Positions 15,457 through 23,874 of a stretch of 33,732 nucleotides of DNA are shown here, in pieces. The stretch spans positions 1 to 33,732 of the IMG/VR virus record IMGVR_UViG_3300011338_000489. One strand, 5' to 3'. Each line of letters opens with the position of its first letter. Positions within the stretch are counted from its first letter, which is position 1. A program made the translations under genes and the position numbers. The notes beneath the pieces are model-generated. The model worked only from the letters and a program-made list of their open reading frames with translations. It had not been told where the DNA came from and ran no database searches. The stretch is from a virus. Its lineage: Duplodnaviria > Caudoviricetes.

Positions 15457-15485
15457 ATTATGCACCATATGGGTGTACGTGTAAA
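15457..15485 (-). promoter_or_regulatory. Sigma70 promoter with an overlapping operator (TACACC-N5-GGTGCA)
   Basis: TTTACA-17 nt-CATAAT on the minus strand; the palindrome at 15461-15477 fills the spacer. Confidence 0.7.
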
Positions 15486-15598
15486 GTTATTTGTGAGATT
15501 TTTTTGCTGTGTTGTTTTTGAGTGAGAGAGAATTAGAAAGATTGAATAGCGAATGCAAGTTAGTAAGCGCTCACTCATCACTCCGCACGCGTTAATAA

Positions 15599-15743
15599 TG
15601 TGATCTACGTCACAATTTTGCTCATTTATGTGTGATTTATGTGTGATTTATGTGATGCACATCACAAATTTGTGTGCAAGTGATGATTTGATAGATATTG
15701 TAGTATTGCGTCATATGCTAATATAAATGTGATGGTCATCACA
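15599..15743. promoter_or_regulatory. Three CRP-type boxes (TGTGA-N6-TCACA) upstream of the late operon
   Basis: TGTGAtctacgTCACA at 15599-15614, TGTGAtgcacaTCACA at 15651-15666, TGTGAtggtcaTCACA at 15728-15743. Confidence 0.75.
15624..15656 (+). repeat. 11-bp tandem repeat (ATTTATGTGTG) x ~3
   Basis: Two exact copies plus ATTTATGTGAT running into the second box. Confidence 0.85.
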
Positions 15744-15758
15744 AAAAAGAGGAAAAAA

Positions 15759-16193
15759 ATGGCTAAAACACAATTCGAGATGTTAGATGATATCGGTATT
15801 GATGCTATATGCGCTCGCATAGCTGATACAGAATCGCAACGATCTATAGCAAAGAGTCTATCTATAGACATAGCTACATTAGTAAGGTGGCTGCAAAGTG
15901 ACGCTGAGAAAGCAACAAAAGCACAAGCAGCGCGTGAGCAAAGCGCATATGTGTGCGACGAACTAGCACTCGCTGCACTATATGATATAGATGACGATGC
16001 GACGCAAGCTGCTGTGACGCGACAGAGAGAGATAGCATCGCATCAGCGCTGGAGAGCGAAAACACGAAACAAAACTTTTAGCGATCGTGTGCAGACTGAG
16101 AGCACTGTTGATATGCGCGTCAGATCAGCGTCAGAGCTATCGGATGACGAGCTAGCAGCTATCGTAGCGCAGACAGTCAAAACATCGCCATGA
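15759..16193 (+). CDS. terS: Terminase small subunit (start corrected to 15759)
   Basis: N-terminal HTH (SQRSIAKSLSIDIATLVRWL), AQAARE and QRWRA, with C-terminal SELSDDELAAI. It overlaps terL. Confidence 0.9.
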   Translation: MAKTQFEMLDDIGIDAICARIADTESQRSIAKSLSIDIATLVRWLQSDAEKATKAQAAREQSAYVCDELALAALYDIDDDATQAAVTRQREIASHQRWRAKTRNKTFSDRVQTESTVDMRVRSASELSDDELAAIVAQTVKTSP

Positions 16194-17593
16194 GCTATAT
16201 AGACCCTGCTGACGCTGCAAGCGAGCTACTACGCAGACGTAGATCGAGAGAGTCTCTGATCGAGTACACGCGCTATACTAATCAGTCATATGCAGCAGCA
16301 GAGCATCACTATGTGATAGCGAAAGCACTAGAGCGAGTCATGCGCGGTGAGTGTAAGCGGCTGATTATCTGTATGCCCCCGCGACACGGAAAATCTGAGT
16401 TAGCATCAAGGCGCTTCCCTTCTTTCTACCTTGCCAAAAACCCAACAAAACAGATCATAGCTGCATCATATAATAGTGATCTTGCTAATGACTTTGGCAG
16501 GGAAGTTCGCAATATTGTAGCTAGTCAAGAGTATCAACAGCTTTTTGATGTGACGCTATCTGCTGACAGCAAAGCTGCAAATCGCTGGCACACGAGTGAA
16601 GGTGGTATGTACGTCGCGGCAGGCGTGGGAACCGCGATTACAGGACGTGGCGCTGACATTTTGCTAATTGACGACCCATTTAAAGATCGGCAAGAGGCGG
16701 ACAGTGAAATTACGCGCCAACGTGTGTGGGATTGGTACACCAGCACAGCATACACGCGGCTAATGCCCGGTGGCGCTGTAGTTGTCATTAACACTAGATG
16801 GCATGACGACGACTTGACTGGACGGCTACTAGCAGAACAAGAGAATGGTGGAGACGCGTGGGAAGTGCTTTCTATGCCTGCTATTGATGACACTGGTAAG
16901 CCTTTGTGGTCTGAGTGGTATCCAATTGAGCGACTAGAGCAGATCAAAGGTGTTCTACCGTCGCGCGACTGGAACTCACTTTATCAGCAAAACCCTATCC
17001 CTGATGATGGTGATTATTTCAAAAGTGAATGGATAGTCGAGTATGACGATCTGCCTGCTGATTTACATTACTACGCTGCGAGCGATTACGCGGTAACAGA
17101 TGGCAGTGGAGACTATACTGAGCATGGCATATTTGGCGTTGACGCGCATTCTAATTTGTACGTTGTCGATTGGTGGTACGGTCAAACTGCTGCAGACGAA
17201 TGGATCGATGCTAAATGCGATTTGATACGCAAATACTCGCCTAAAGCGTGGTTTGGTGAATCTGGTGTAATTAGGCGTAGTATTGAACCTTTTATGATTA
17301 AACGTATGGCAGAGCGTAGCGCATACTGCGTCATAGAGTGGCTATCCAGCATATCTGATAAGACTACTAGGGCGCGAGGCATACAAGCTAGGGCAAGTAT
17401 GGGTAAGCTCTTTTTTCCTAAGCGCGCAACGTGGAAAGATAGGGTTGTGGCACAGATGCTAAGGTTTCCAGCAGGAAAGCATGATGATGCTGTAGACGTG
17501 CTAAGTCTGATAGGACGTGGGCTTGACAGAATAAAAGACGTAAAACCCAAGCGTGAACGCACAATCAGAGTTAGTAGTGGCTGGATGGGTTAA
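16190..17593 (+). CDS. terL: Terminase large subunit
   Basis: Walker A PPRHGKS, Walker B LLIDDP, TRWHDDDL, and nuclease motif FPAGKHDDAVD. Confidence 0.97.
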   Translation: MSYIDPADAASELLRRRRSRESLIEYTRYTNQSYAAAEHHYVIAKALERVMRGECKRLIICMPPRHGKSELASRRFPSFYLAKNPTKQIIAASYNSDLANDFGREVRNIVASQEYQQLFDVTLSADSKAANRWHTSEGGMYVAAGVGTAITGRGADILLIDDPFKDRQEADSEITRQRVWDWYTSTAYTRLMPGGAVVVINTRWHDDDLTGRLLAEQENGGDAWEVLSMPAIDDTGKPLWSEWYPIERLEQIKGVLPSRDWNSLYQQNPIPDDGDYFKSEWIVEYDDLPADLHYYAASDYAVTDGSGDYTEHGIFGVDAHSNLYVVDWWYGQTAADEWIDAKCDLIRKYSPKAWFGESGVIRRSIEPFMIKRMAERSAYCVIEWLSSISDKTTRARGIQARASMGKLFFPKRATWKDRVVAQMLRFPAGKHDDAVDVLSLIGRGLDRIKDVKPKRERTIRVSSGWMG

Positions 17594-17651
17594 TATTGCA
17601 ATTGTTTTTAAAATATGTTAAAAGATGCACACTTAAAGCAAGGTCGCGAAA

Positions 17652-20024
17652 ATGATCAACGATAAAAATTCAATGCTGGACGACAAAAATAATTATCTTG
17701 ATGATGATATGGATGATGCCGAAGATAAAAAAGAGTCCGAAAATGAGGATGAGGATGAGACAGCGGAATGGGTAGAAGTACACAAACAAGCGCTTAAAGA
17801 TTTTAAGCTGTGTGTTGATGCTGAGGCAGACAATCGCAACGAGGCTCTTGACGATCTCAAGTTCGCAAGGCTTGGCGAACAGTGGCCAGATGACGTAATA
17901 CAAAAACGCAAATTAGAAGGCCGTCCGTGTATGACATACAACCGGATGCCGACTTTTATTCGTAAGGTTGTCAATGACGGTCGTCAAAATAAACCGTCAA
18001 TTAAGGTGCATCCATGTGACGATTCAGCCGATACTCAAACTGCTGAAATTATAAACGGCATTATTCGCAACATTGAAAATTCGTCAAATAGCGAGGTGGC
18101 ATACGATACAGCACTGGATTTTGCTGCATCATGTGGCATTGGCTATTTGCGTGTTGATGTCCAATATTCGCATGATGATGCGTTCGATCTTGATATCTTT
18201 ATTGAAAGAATTAGCAACCCGTTTACTGTATATGGTGACTATCGCGCAACATCTGCCGATTCATCGGACTGGAACATTGCGTTCGTTGTCGATGCCATCG
18301 ATGAGAAAGAATACAAAAAACGCTACGGAGACAAAGCCAAGGTCAGTTTTGACAGTGACGCATATATCGGTATGCCAGATGAATGGCGAGACGGTGACAA
18401 AGTTATCGTTGCTGAATATTGGGTACGAAAAGAGACGGAAAACGAAATTGCGAAACTGTCCGATGGGCGAATTGTCGATGTCGAGTGGCTAAACGCTGAA
18501 GTTGACGGATTAAAGGGCACAACAAATAAAGATGCTCTTGCACAATATAACGTAAGAGTTATATCTACTCGTAAAGCAACTTCCTATGAAGTTTGCCAAT
18601 ACATTATGTCAGGCGCGGAGATTCTTGAGGAAAACGATTGGGTTGGAAAATATATTCCGATTATTCCGGTGTACGGCGAAGAACTTAACATCGAAGGCAA
18701 GCGTCATTTTAGGTCGCTAATCCGTGATGCTAAAGATGCACAACGGAATTTCAACTATTGGCGCACAACTACTACCGAAATGGTGGCACTTGCTCCAAAA
18801 GCCCCGTTTATTGGTGCCGTAGGTCAATTTGATACAGACGCTGACAAATGGGCTGCTGCTAATGCTGAAAACGCAGCGTACATTGAGTACGATATAGTCC
18901 CCGGTGCGCCTCCACCAATGCGTCAAGGGTTTGCTGGTGTGCCTGCTGGTGCGCTGCAAGAGGCGTTAAATGCTGCTGATGATATGAAGTCAATCATTGG
19001 TATCTACGACGCGTCATTAGGTGCTCGCAGTAACGAAACATCGGGTCGCGCAATCAATGCGAGACGTGCAGAATCTGAAGTATCAACGTACCATTTTATT
19101 GACAATCAGGCGCGAGCTATCAAGCATACTGGGCGAATCATTCTTGATCTTATCCCGCACATTTACAATAAAGCGCGGATCGTTCGTGTTATGGGCGAAG
19201 ATAAAAAAACTCAAACAGTGCCAGTAAATCAACCGCAACAACAGCCGGATGGCACGTCACAAGTTTATGATCTAACTGTAGGCAAATATGATCTAACCGT
19301 CAATGTTGGATTAGGATTCCAGACCAAACGGGAGGAGGCAGCTTACGGAATGACAGAACTTGTGCGCTCATATCCGATGGCAGCCCCTATTATTGCCCCG
19401 CATTTAGCTGAGGCGCAAGATTGGCCCGGTGCTGATAAGATAGCCGAAGAACTGAGGATGCTGTCCCCCCAGGCGCAACAGGGCAATCCGCAGGTGCAAC
19501 AAGCTGAGCAAGCAATACAGCAACTGCAAGCGCAATTGCAGCAAGCGCAGCAAGTCATACAATCAATGCAAACTGATAAGAGCTTGGAAGCGCAAAAGTT
19601 AGAAATTGATAAGTTTAATGCTGAAACTAATCGATTAAAAACGCAAAAAGAAATACAGCCGCAAATGATGGATGTTTCAGGGGATAATGTGGACGAACGG
19701 GAAAAAATTGCTCTTGAAACAGAATCAAAAGTTATCATTGAAAAAGTTAAACAGGAAGGGCAAAAAGAATTAGAATTGCTAAAACAAAAAGCTGAGATTG
19801 CAAAAGCTAACACTAATCAGCTATTGACTGTAGATGAAAACCTAAACTTAGTGCCTAGTGATGTAGTATTGGAGATTAAGCAAGTAATTGATGCTCTTGG
19901 CAATGAAATGCAAAATGTTAAAAAACGCGCATCTGCTAAACGTATGTTAATCAGGGATGAAAGCGGTAGACCTTCTGGGTCAATTATTGTAGATGAATTT
20001 AATAACCCTATAGGGGAGGATTAA
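17652..20024 (+). CDS. Portal protein, P22-like, with a C-terminal coiled-coil barrel
   Basis: GEQWP, RPCMTYN, IPIIPVYG, SNETSGRAI and GKYDLTV motifs; Gln-rich helical tail. Confidence 0.95.
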   Translation: MINDKNSMLDDKNNYLDDDMDDAEDKKESENEDEDETAEWVEVHKQALKDFKLCVDAEADNRNEALDDLKFARLGEQWPDDVIQKRKLEGRPCMTYNRMPTFIRKVVNDGRQNKPSIKVHPCDDSADTQTAEIINGIIRNIENSSNSEVAYDTALDFAASCGIGYLRVDVQYSHDDAFDLDIFIERISNPFTVYGDYRATSADSSDWNIAFVVDAIDEKEYKKRYGDKAKVSFDSDAYIGMPDEWRDGDKVIVAEYWVRKETENEIAKLSDGRIVDVEWLNAEVDGLKGTTNKDALAQYNVRVISTRKATSYEVCQYIMSGAEILEENDWVGKYIPIIPVYGEELNIEGKRHFRSLIRDAKDAQRNFNYWRTTTTEMVALAPKAPFIGAVGQFDTDADKWAAANAENAAYIEYDIVPGAPPPMRQGFAGVPAGALQEALNAADDMKSIIGIYDASLGARSNETSGRAINARRAESEVSTYHFIDNQARAIKHTGRIILDLIPHIYNKARIVRVMGEDKKTQTVPVNQPQQQPDGTSQVYDLTVGKYDLTVNVGLGFQTKREEAAYGMTELVRSYPMAAPIIAPHLAEAQDWPGADKIAEELRMLSPQAQQGNPQVQQAEQAIQQLQAQLQQAQQVIQSMQTDKSLEAQKLEIDKFNAETNRLKTQKEIQPQMMDVSGDNVDEREKIALETESKVIIEKVKQEGQKELELLKQKAEIAKANTNQLLTVDENLNLVPSDVVLEIKQVIDALGNEMQNVKKRASAKRMLIRDESGRPSGSIIVDEFNNPIGED

Positions 20025-20025
20025 T

Positions 20026-20421
20026 ATGGCTTTGGCTTATGATGTATCAATTAGAAATGCAATGCTTGACGCAATTACCACTCGCGCTGGATCATCTGCA
20101 TTACTTAGAATTTATGACGGTTCACGTCCCGCTACAGGCGGAACTGCAACTACTAAACTAGCAGAGTTGACGTGCAATGCAACTTTTGCACCATCTGCAA
20201 CTGGTGGCGTTCTAACATTAAATAGTATTACGCAGGATGCAAGCGCTGATGCGACAGGCACAGCAACATGGTTCAGGATCGTAAAAAGCGACGGAACAAC
20301 ATTTGTGTTAGATGGTAGCGTCGGCACGTCTGGAAGTGATTTAAACCTAACTACTACAAGCATTGTTGCTACACAGCCAGTAAGTATTACTTCTTTTGTA
20401 ATCACTGAAGGTAATGCGTAA
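20026..20421 (+). CDS. Putative virion structural protein (Thr/Gly-rich beta protein)
   Basis: RNAMLDAI, LRIYDGSRP and ATGTATWFRI motifs recur in phage fiber-associated genes. Confidence 0.65.
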   Translation: MALAYDVSIRNAMLDAITTRAGSSALLRIYDGSRPATGGTATTKLAELTCNATFAPSATGGVLTLNSITQDASADATGTATWFRIVKSDGTTFVLDGSVGTSGSDLNLTTTSIVATQPVSITSFVITEGNA

Positions 20422-20777
20422 TGATCGAATATAAAACCCACGACAATGGGCCAATCACATCAATTCATGTTGAGGTTGGCGCAGTTATTGTTACAATGAC
20501 ATTTAACAGCTTGCTTGAGTTTACACCCATGCACTCTCACGCGTTTGATCATTGGATGGAGTGTGTAAAAGGTGCTGCTGTAATATCAATTGACGGAATA
20601 GATACTGTTGTTCGTGCTGGTGATAAGTATTTAGTTGAAGCGCACAAAGAACATAGCGCAAAGCCATTGGAATCTTTTACTGTGTTGCGTTGCGTACATG
20701 AAAATAGCGAGGTAGACCCGTCAAAATGCGAAGAAGGGATACCTTTAGAGTGGGTTAATAGACTGACGGTGCATTAA
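20421..20777 (+). CDS. Cupin-domain protein
   Basis: PMHSHAFDH...KG...GD...VEAHKEHSA gives the two cupin metal motifs. Confidence 0.85.
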   Translation: MIEYKTHDNGPITSIHVEVGAVIVTMTFNSLLEFTPMHSHAFDHWMECVKGAAVISIDGIDTVVRAGDKYLVEAHKEHSAKPLESFTVLRCVHENSEVDPSKCEEGIPLEWVNRLTVH

Positions 20778-21757
20778 TGAGAGCTGATTATCTTGAAATG
20801 TCGGTAACGTCAATTGCTGGAACTAATGGCAATGGCGCGGTAACAATGTCTAGAATTACGAATACGCCAACGTTTGATGAATCGTTTAACACATCATCGC
20901 TGACTAGAACGGTCGAATATGTAATTGAAGATACATCAAGATTATGTTTTGAGCGTGGCATTGGCACTGTAACTGGAAACGTTCTAACTCGTGGCAGTCC
21001 TAAAACTACGTGGGATCAAACAACATTAAACCAAAACAATCCAACTGCATTTGCATTTTTAGCATCTGGATCGGTTGACAATATTCGTGTTAGATGTTCG
21101 CCAACTATGGCAAGCGCAGCATCTACATTTCCCGGCGTAATGCAAGGCTCATCGCCTGTTAATATTAATTTAGGTCATATTACAACGGCGCACATTGTAA
21201 CTAATGCAATTCAAGTTGGCACAACGGTTGTTACTGGCACTGAGTATTATTTGCCCTATCTGTGGGAAGGTAACGGCGCAATTACATCTTTAGGCGTGTG
21301 GTTGGTTACAGCACAAGCAGGTGGAGCAATTAAGGTTGGAATTTATGAGTGTGGGGCAGATGGTACACCAAGCAACTGCATTACTCATTGCAATTCAAGC
21401 CCTATCTCGTTAGCTGCTGGATCTGGAACGCTAATAACAAGCGCAATTACGACGGCGAATGGTTGGTCAGTTGAGTCACCAAACCTTGCACCCGGTTGGT
21501 ATTACATTGGATTTGTAGCAACAGCAACTACAACATTTCCTAGTCTTGGTCATCATGCAATTTCAAGCCCTATGCGTATGTCACCAGTAGGTTGGGGGGC
21601 TAACTATGGCACTAATCAACTTTTAACTGCTACTGCAAGCGTAAATTATGCAACAGGTTTACCGACTGGCGCACCAAGTAGGACGTTTATTATTACGCAA
21701 GGCAATACATCGACAAGCGGTCGTCATTACTGGTTTGGCTTAAAACCGAGGATTTAA
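20777..21757 (+). CDS. Putative fiber/receptor-binding structural protein
   Basis: N-terminal YVIED...FERGIGT...VLTR anchor-like motif and a beta-rich C-terminal part (LAPGWYYIG). It is followed by a chaperone-like gene. Confidence 0.55.
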   Translation: MRADYLEMSVTSIAGTNGNGAVTMSRITNTPTFDESFNTSSLTRTVEYVIEDTSRLCFERGIGTVTGNVLTRGSPKTTWDQTTLNQNNPTAFAFLASGSVDNIRVRCSPTMASAASTFPGVMQGSSPVNINLGHITTAHIVTNAIQVGTTVVTGTEYYLPYLWEGNGAITSLGVWLVTAQAGGAIKVGIYECGADGTPSNCITHCNSSPISLAAGSGTLITSAITTANGWSVESPNLAPGWYYIGFVATATTTFPSLGHHAISSPMRMSPVGWGANYGTNQLLTATASVNYATGLPTGAPSRTFIITQGNTSTSGRHYWFGLKPRI

Positions 21758-21758
21758 C

Positions 21759-22265
21759 ATGCAACCCATTATAAATTATGTAGATAAAGGCGCGGGAATG
21801 GCACAAGCTATTCGTGCCGCTGGTTACACAATTGCAATTATGGATGGCGTTCCTATGTGCAGCGATCCTATTGCAGTGCAAGCAATTATTGACGCGTTTG
21901 ACCCATTAGTGAGTGCAAAATCGATTAAGAAAAAAGCAATTGATGCTTATGCAGCTGCATTAAGGAACGTTATTGTTAATGGTACATCTCCCGCAGAAAT
22001 GGCAGCGTGGGGATTAAAAGTATTGCAAGCCGAAAGGGTGCAAGCTGGCGAAACCACAGGTACTGAGTTGATTGATGCTGAAGCAGCGGTTAGGGGTGTA
22101 ACGCGTACTGTTATGGCTGCAATTGTCAAGGGTAATAGCAATGGTCTAACTGCATTAGAAACACAAATTTCAGGCAATGCAGGAAAGCATAAAGACATTA
22201 TTGCGGCCATGACAGATTGGCATGAGGTTTCGGCTTATGATTTTTCTAGTGGTTGGCCTGCATGA
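21759..22265 (+). CDS. Tail-fiber assembly chaperone-like protein
   Basis: AKSIKKKAIDAYA...EAAVRG, with C-terminal YDFSSGW typical of fiber-associated chaperones. Confidence 0.6.
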   Translation: MQPIINYVDKGAGMAQAIRAAGYTIAIMDGVPMCSDPIAVQAIIDAFDPLVSAKSIKKKAIDAYAAALRNVIVNGTSPAEMAAWGLKVLQAERVQAGETTGTELIDAEAAVRGVTRTVMAAIVKGNSNGLTALETQISGNAGKHKDIIAAMTDWHEVSAYDFSSGWPA

Positions 22266-22999
22266 CATACGGTAAGAGTCCATATGCTAAGGTTCCATAC
22301 GTAAAAAAAGCGGTTGTTTCTGCGTCTGGTGCATCTGGATCATTAGCAAAAACAAATAACAATGATTCTATATCCGCAAGTGGAACAACAACAATTGTTG
22401 GCAGTCTTGCGTACACGAATCAAAATGATACTGTTGTCGCCAGCGGATCAAGTGGGCTTAATAACGTAGGTTCATTATCTACTGTAAATGCAAATGACAG
22501 TATAAGTGCAAGTGGTACAACTACAGTCTTAGGCAGTACAAATTACTTAAATAATAATGACAGTGTTAGCAGCATAGGATTTTCCGGTGTAATTACTGGC
22601 AGTGTTGCATATGTTAACAAAAATGATGCAGCGCAAGTTATCGGCATTGGCTCTACAGTTACTGGTGGTGGCGGCTATGGCTACGGTTATGGTTACGTAA
22701 AGAGAAAAACAACTGTAAAAGAGGATAGGGAAAAATTAGGAATAATTCCTAAGTCTGTAAAAAAGATTATTAAAAAGGTAGCAGAAGAAAATGCTACTTT
22801 TAAAAAAGAAGAAGAAGCCTTAGCAGAACTAAAAACTATTTTATCAAGTAAGAAAATTGATGTTAAAAAATCTTATGAGGATGAATTAAAAAATCAAATT
22901 GAACGCTCTATTAATCTGGAAATTTATAAGTTATTAAAAATTCAGAAAGAAAGAAACGATCAAGATGAGGAGGAAGCCGCATTCTGGCTTTTAATGTAA
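22262..22999 (+). CDS. Repeat-containing putative structural protein
   Basis: Five ~21-23-aa repeats (GS...N.ND....SG), a GGGGYGYGYGY linker, and a charged helical tail ending DEEEAAFWLLM. The start may be 22253 or 22262. Confidence 0.6.
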   Translation: MTYGKSPYAKVPYVKKAVVSASGASGSLAKTNNNDSISASGTTTIVGSLAYTNQNDTVVASGSSGLNNVGSLSTVNANDSISASGTTTVLGSTNYLNNNDSVSSIGFSGVITGSVAYVNKNDAAQVIGIGSTVTGGGGYGYGYGYVKRKTTVKEDREKLGIIPKSVKKIIKKVAEENATFKKEEEALAELKTILSSKKIDVKKSYEDELKNQIERSINLEIYKLLKIQKERNDQDEEEAAFWLLM

Positions 23000-23028
23000 C
23001 CACGTCAACAACCATAAAGGATTGACAA

Positions 23029-23850
23029 ATGAACGAAGAAATAATCACGCAAGAATCCGACGACATTGTTAGCAATGTAGATTCTGAAAATGTATTTGAT
23101 AATAACGAAAATGATTTTGAAGAAATTATCGATGATTCTGAAGAATTAGAACTAGACGGGAAAGTCTATAAAGTTCCAAAGGCTATTAAATCATCTGTAA
23201 TGAAAAATGCAGATTACACACAAAAAACACAAGAATTAGCGCGAGAGAGAGAAGCAATTGCAAAAATTAAAGAAGAAGCGCAAAGATATAAAGAAAATAT
23301 AAAGACAAATATTCAAGAACGTGGTAGGTTATCGGCAATAAATGATACTTTGCAACAGTTTGAGCAAATAAACTGGGCTGAGTTAAGTGATCAAGACCCA
23401 TTGCAAGCGCAAAAGCTATGGATTCAAAAGTCACAATTAAAAGATGCTGCAATAGAGTTGCAAAATAAGTTAGACAGCGAAGAACGGCAAGCCGGGGAGC
23501 AGGAGCAGCTTTCAGAAGCCAAGCGATTGCGTGAAGGTCAAGCCATTTTGTCGGAGAAAATTCCGAACTGGTCGCCACAATTGGCGAGTAATTTAGTTAA
23601 TTATGCCGCATCAATTGGATGGTCCGAAGGCGAAATTAAAAAAATTACTACAGCGCAAGTTATTGCATTGCACAGGGCATTCGTTGGGGATCAATTGCTG
23701 AATAAGCAAAATCCTAAAGTAAAAAGCGAAGTTGTAAAGCCTGTGACAAAATTGGGAGGAAGTGCATCGATTAAAAAAGATCCTTCAACTATGAGTGATA
23801 AAGAATTTGCCGCAATGCGGCGACAACAGATTAAAAACAGAAACAACTAA
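23029..23850 (+). CDS. Scaffolding protein
   Basis: Acidic N-terminus, ADYTQKTQELA, INWAELSDQDP and coiled coil; directly before the coat gene. Confidence 0.9.
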   Translation: MNEEIITQESDDIVSNVDSENVFDNNENDFEEIIDDSEELELDGKVYKVPKAIKSSVMKNADYTQKTQELAREREAIAKIKEEAQRYKENIKTNIQERGRLSAINDTLQQFEQINWAELSDQDPLQAQKLWIQKSQLKDAAIELQNKLDSEERQAGEQEQLSEAKRLREGQAILSEKIPNWSPQLASNLVNYAASIGWSEGEIKKITTAQVIALHRAFVGDQLLNKQNPKVKSEVVKPVTKLGGSASIKKDPSTMSDKEFAAMRRQQIKNRNN

Positions 23851-23874
23851 TTTTAAACTACATAAGGAATAAAA

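Noticed and set aside
15624-15656. Tandem repeats as a CRISPR array
   Set aside because: The units are 11 bp, abutting, with no spacers, and there are no cas genes.
19480-19570. Gln-rich CAA/CAG repeats in the portal gene
   Set aside because: Expected coiled-coil barrel of P22-type portals, not a separate element.
16534-19813. Long antisense and alternate-frame ORFs within terL and portal (16534-16947, 17182-17562, 18073-18492, 19343-19813)
   Set aside because: They are shadows of strongly conserved genes, with no RBS or recognisable motifs.
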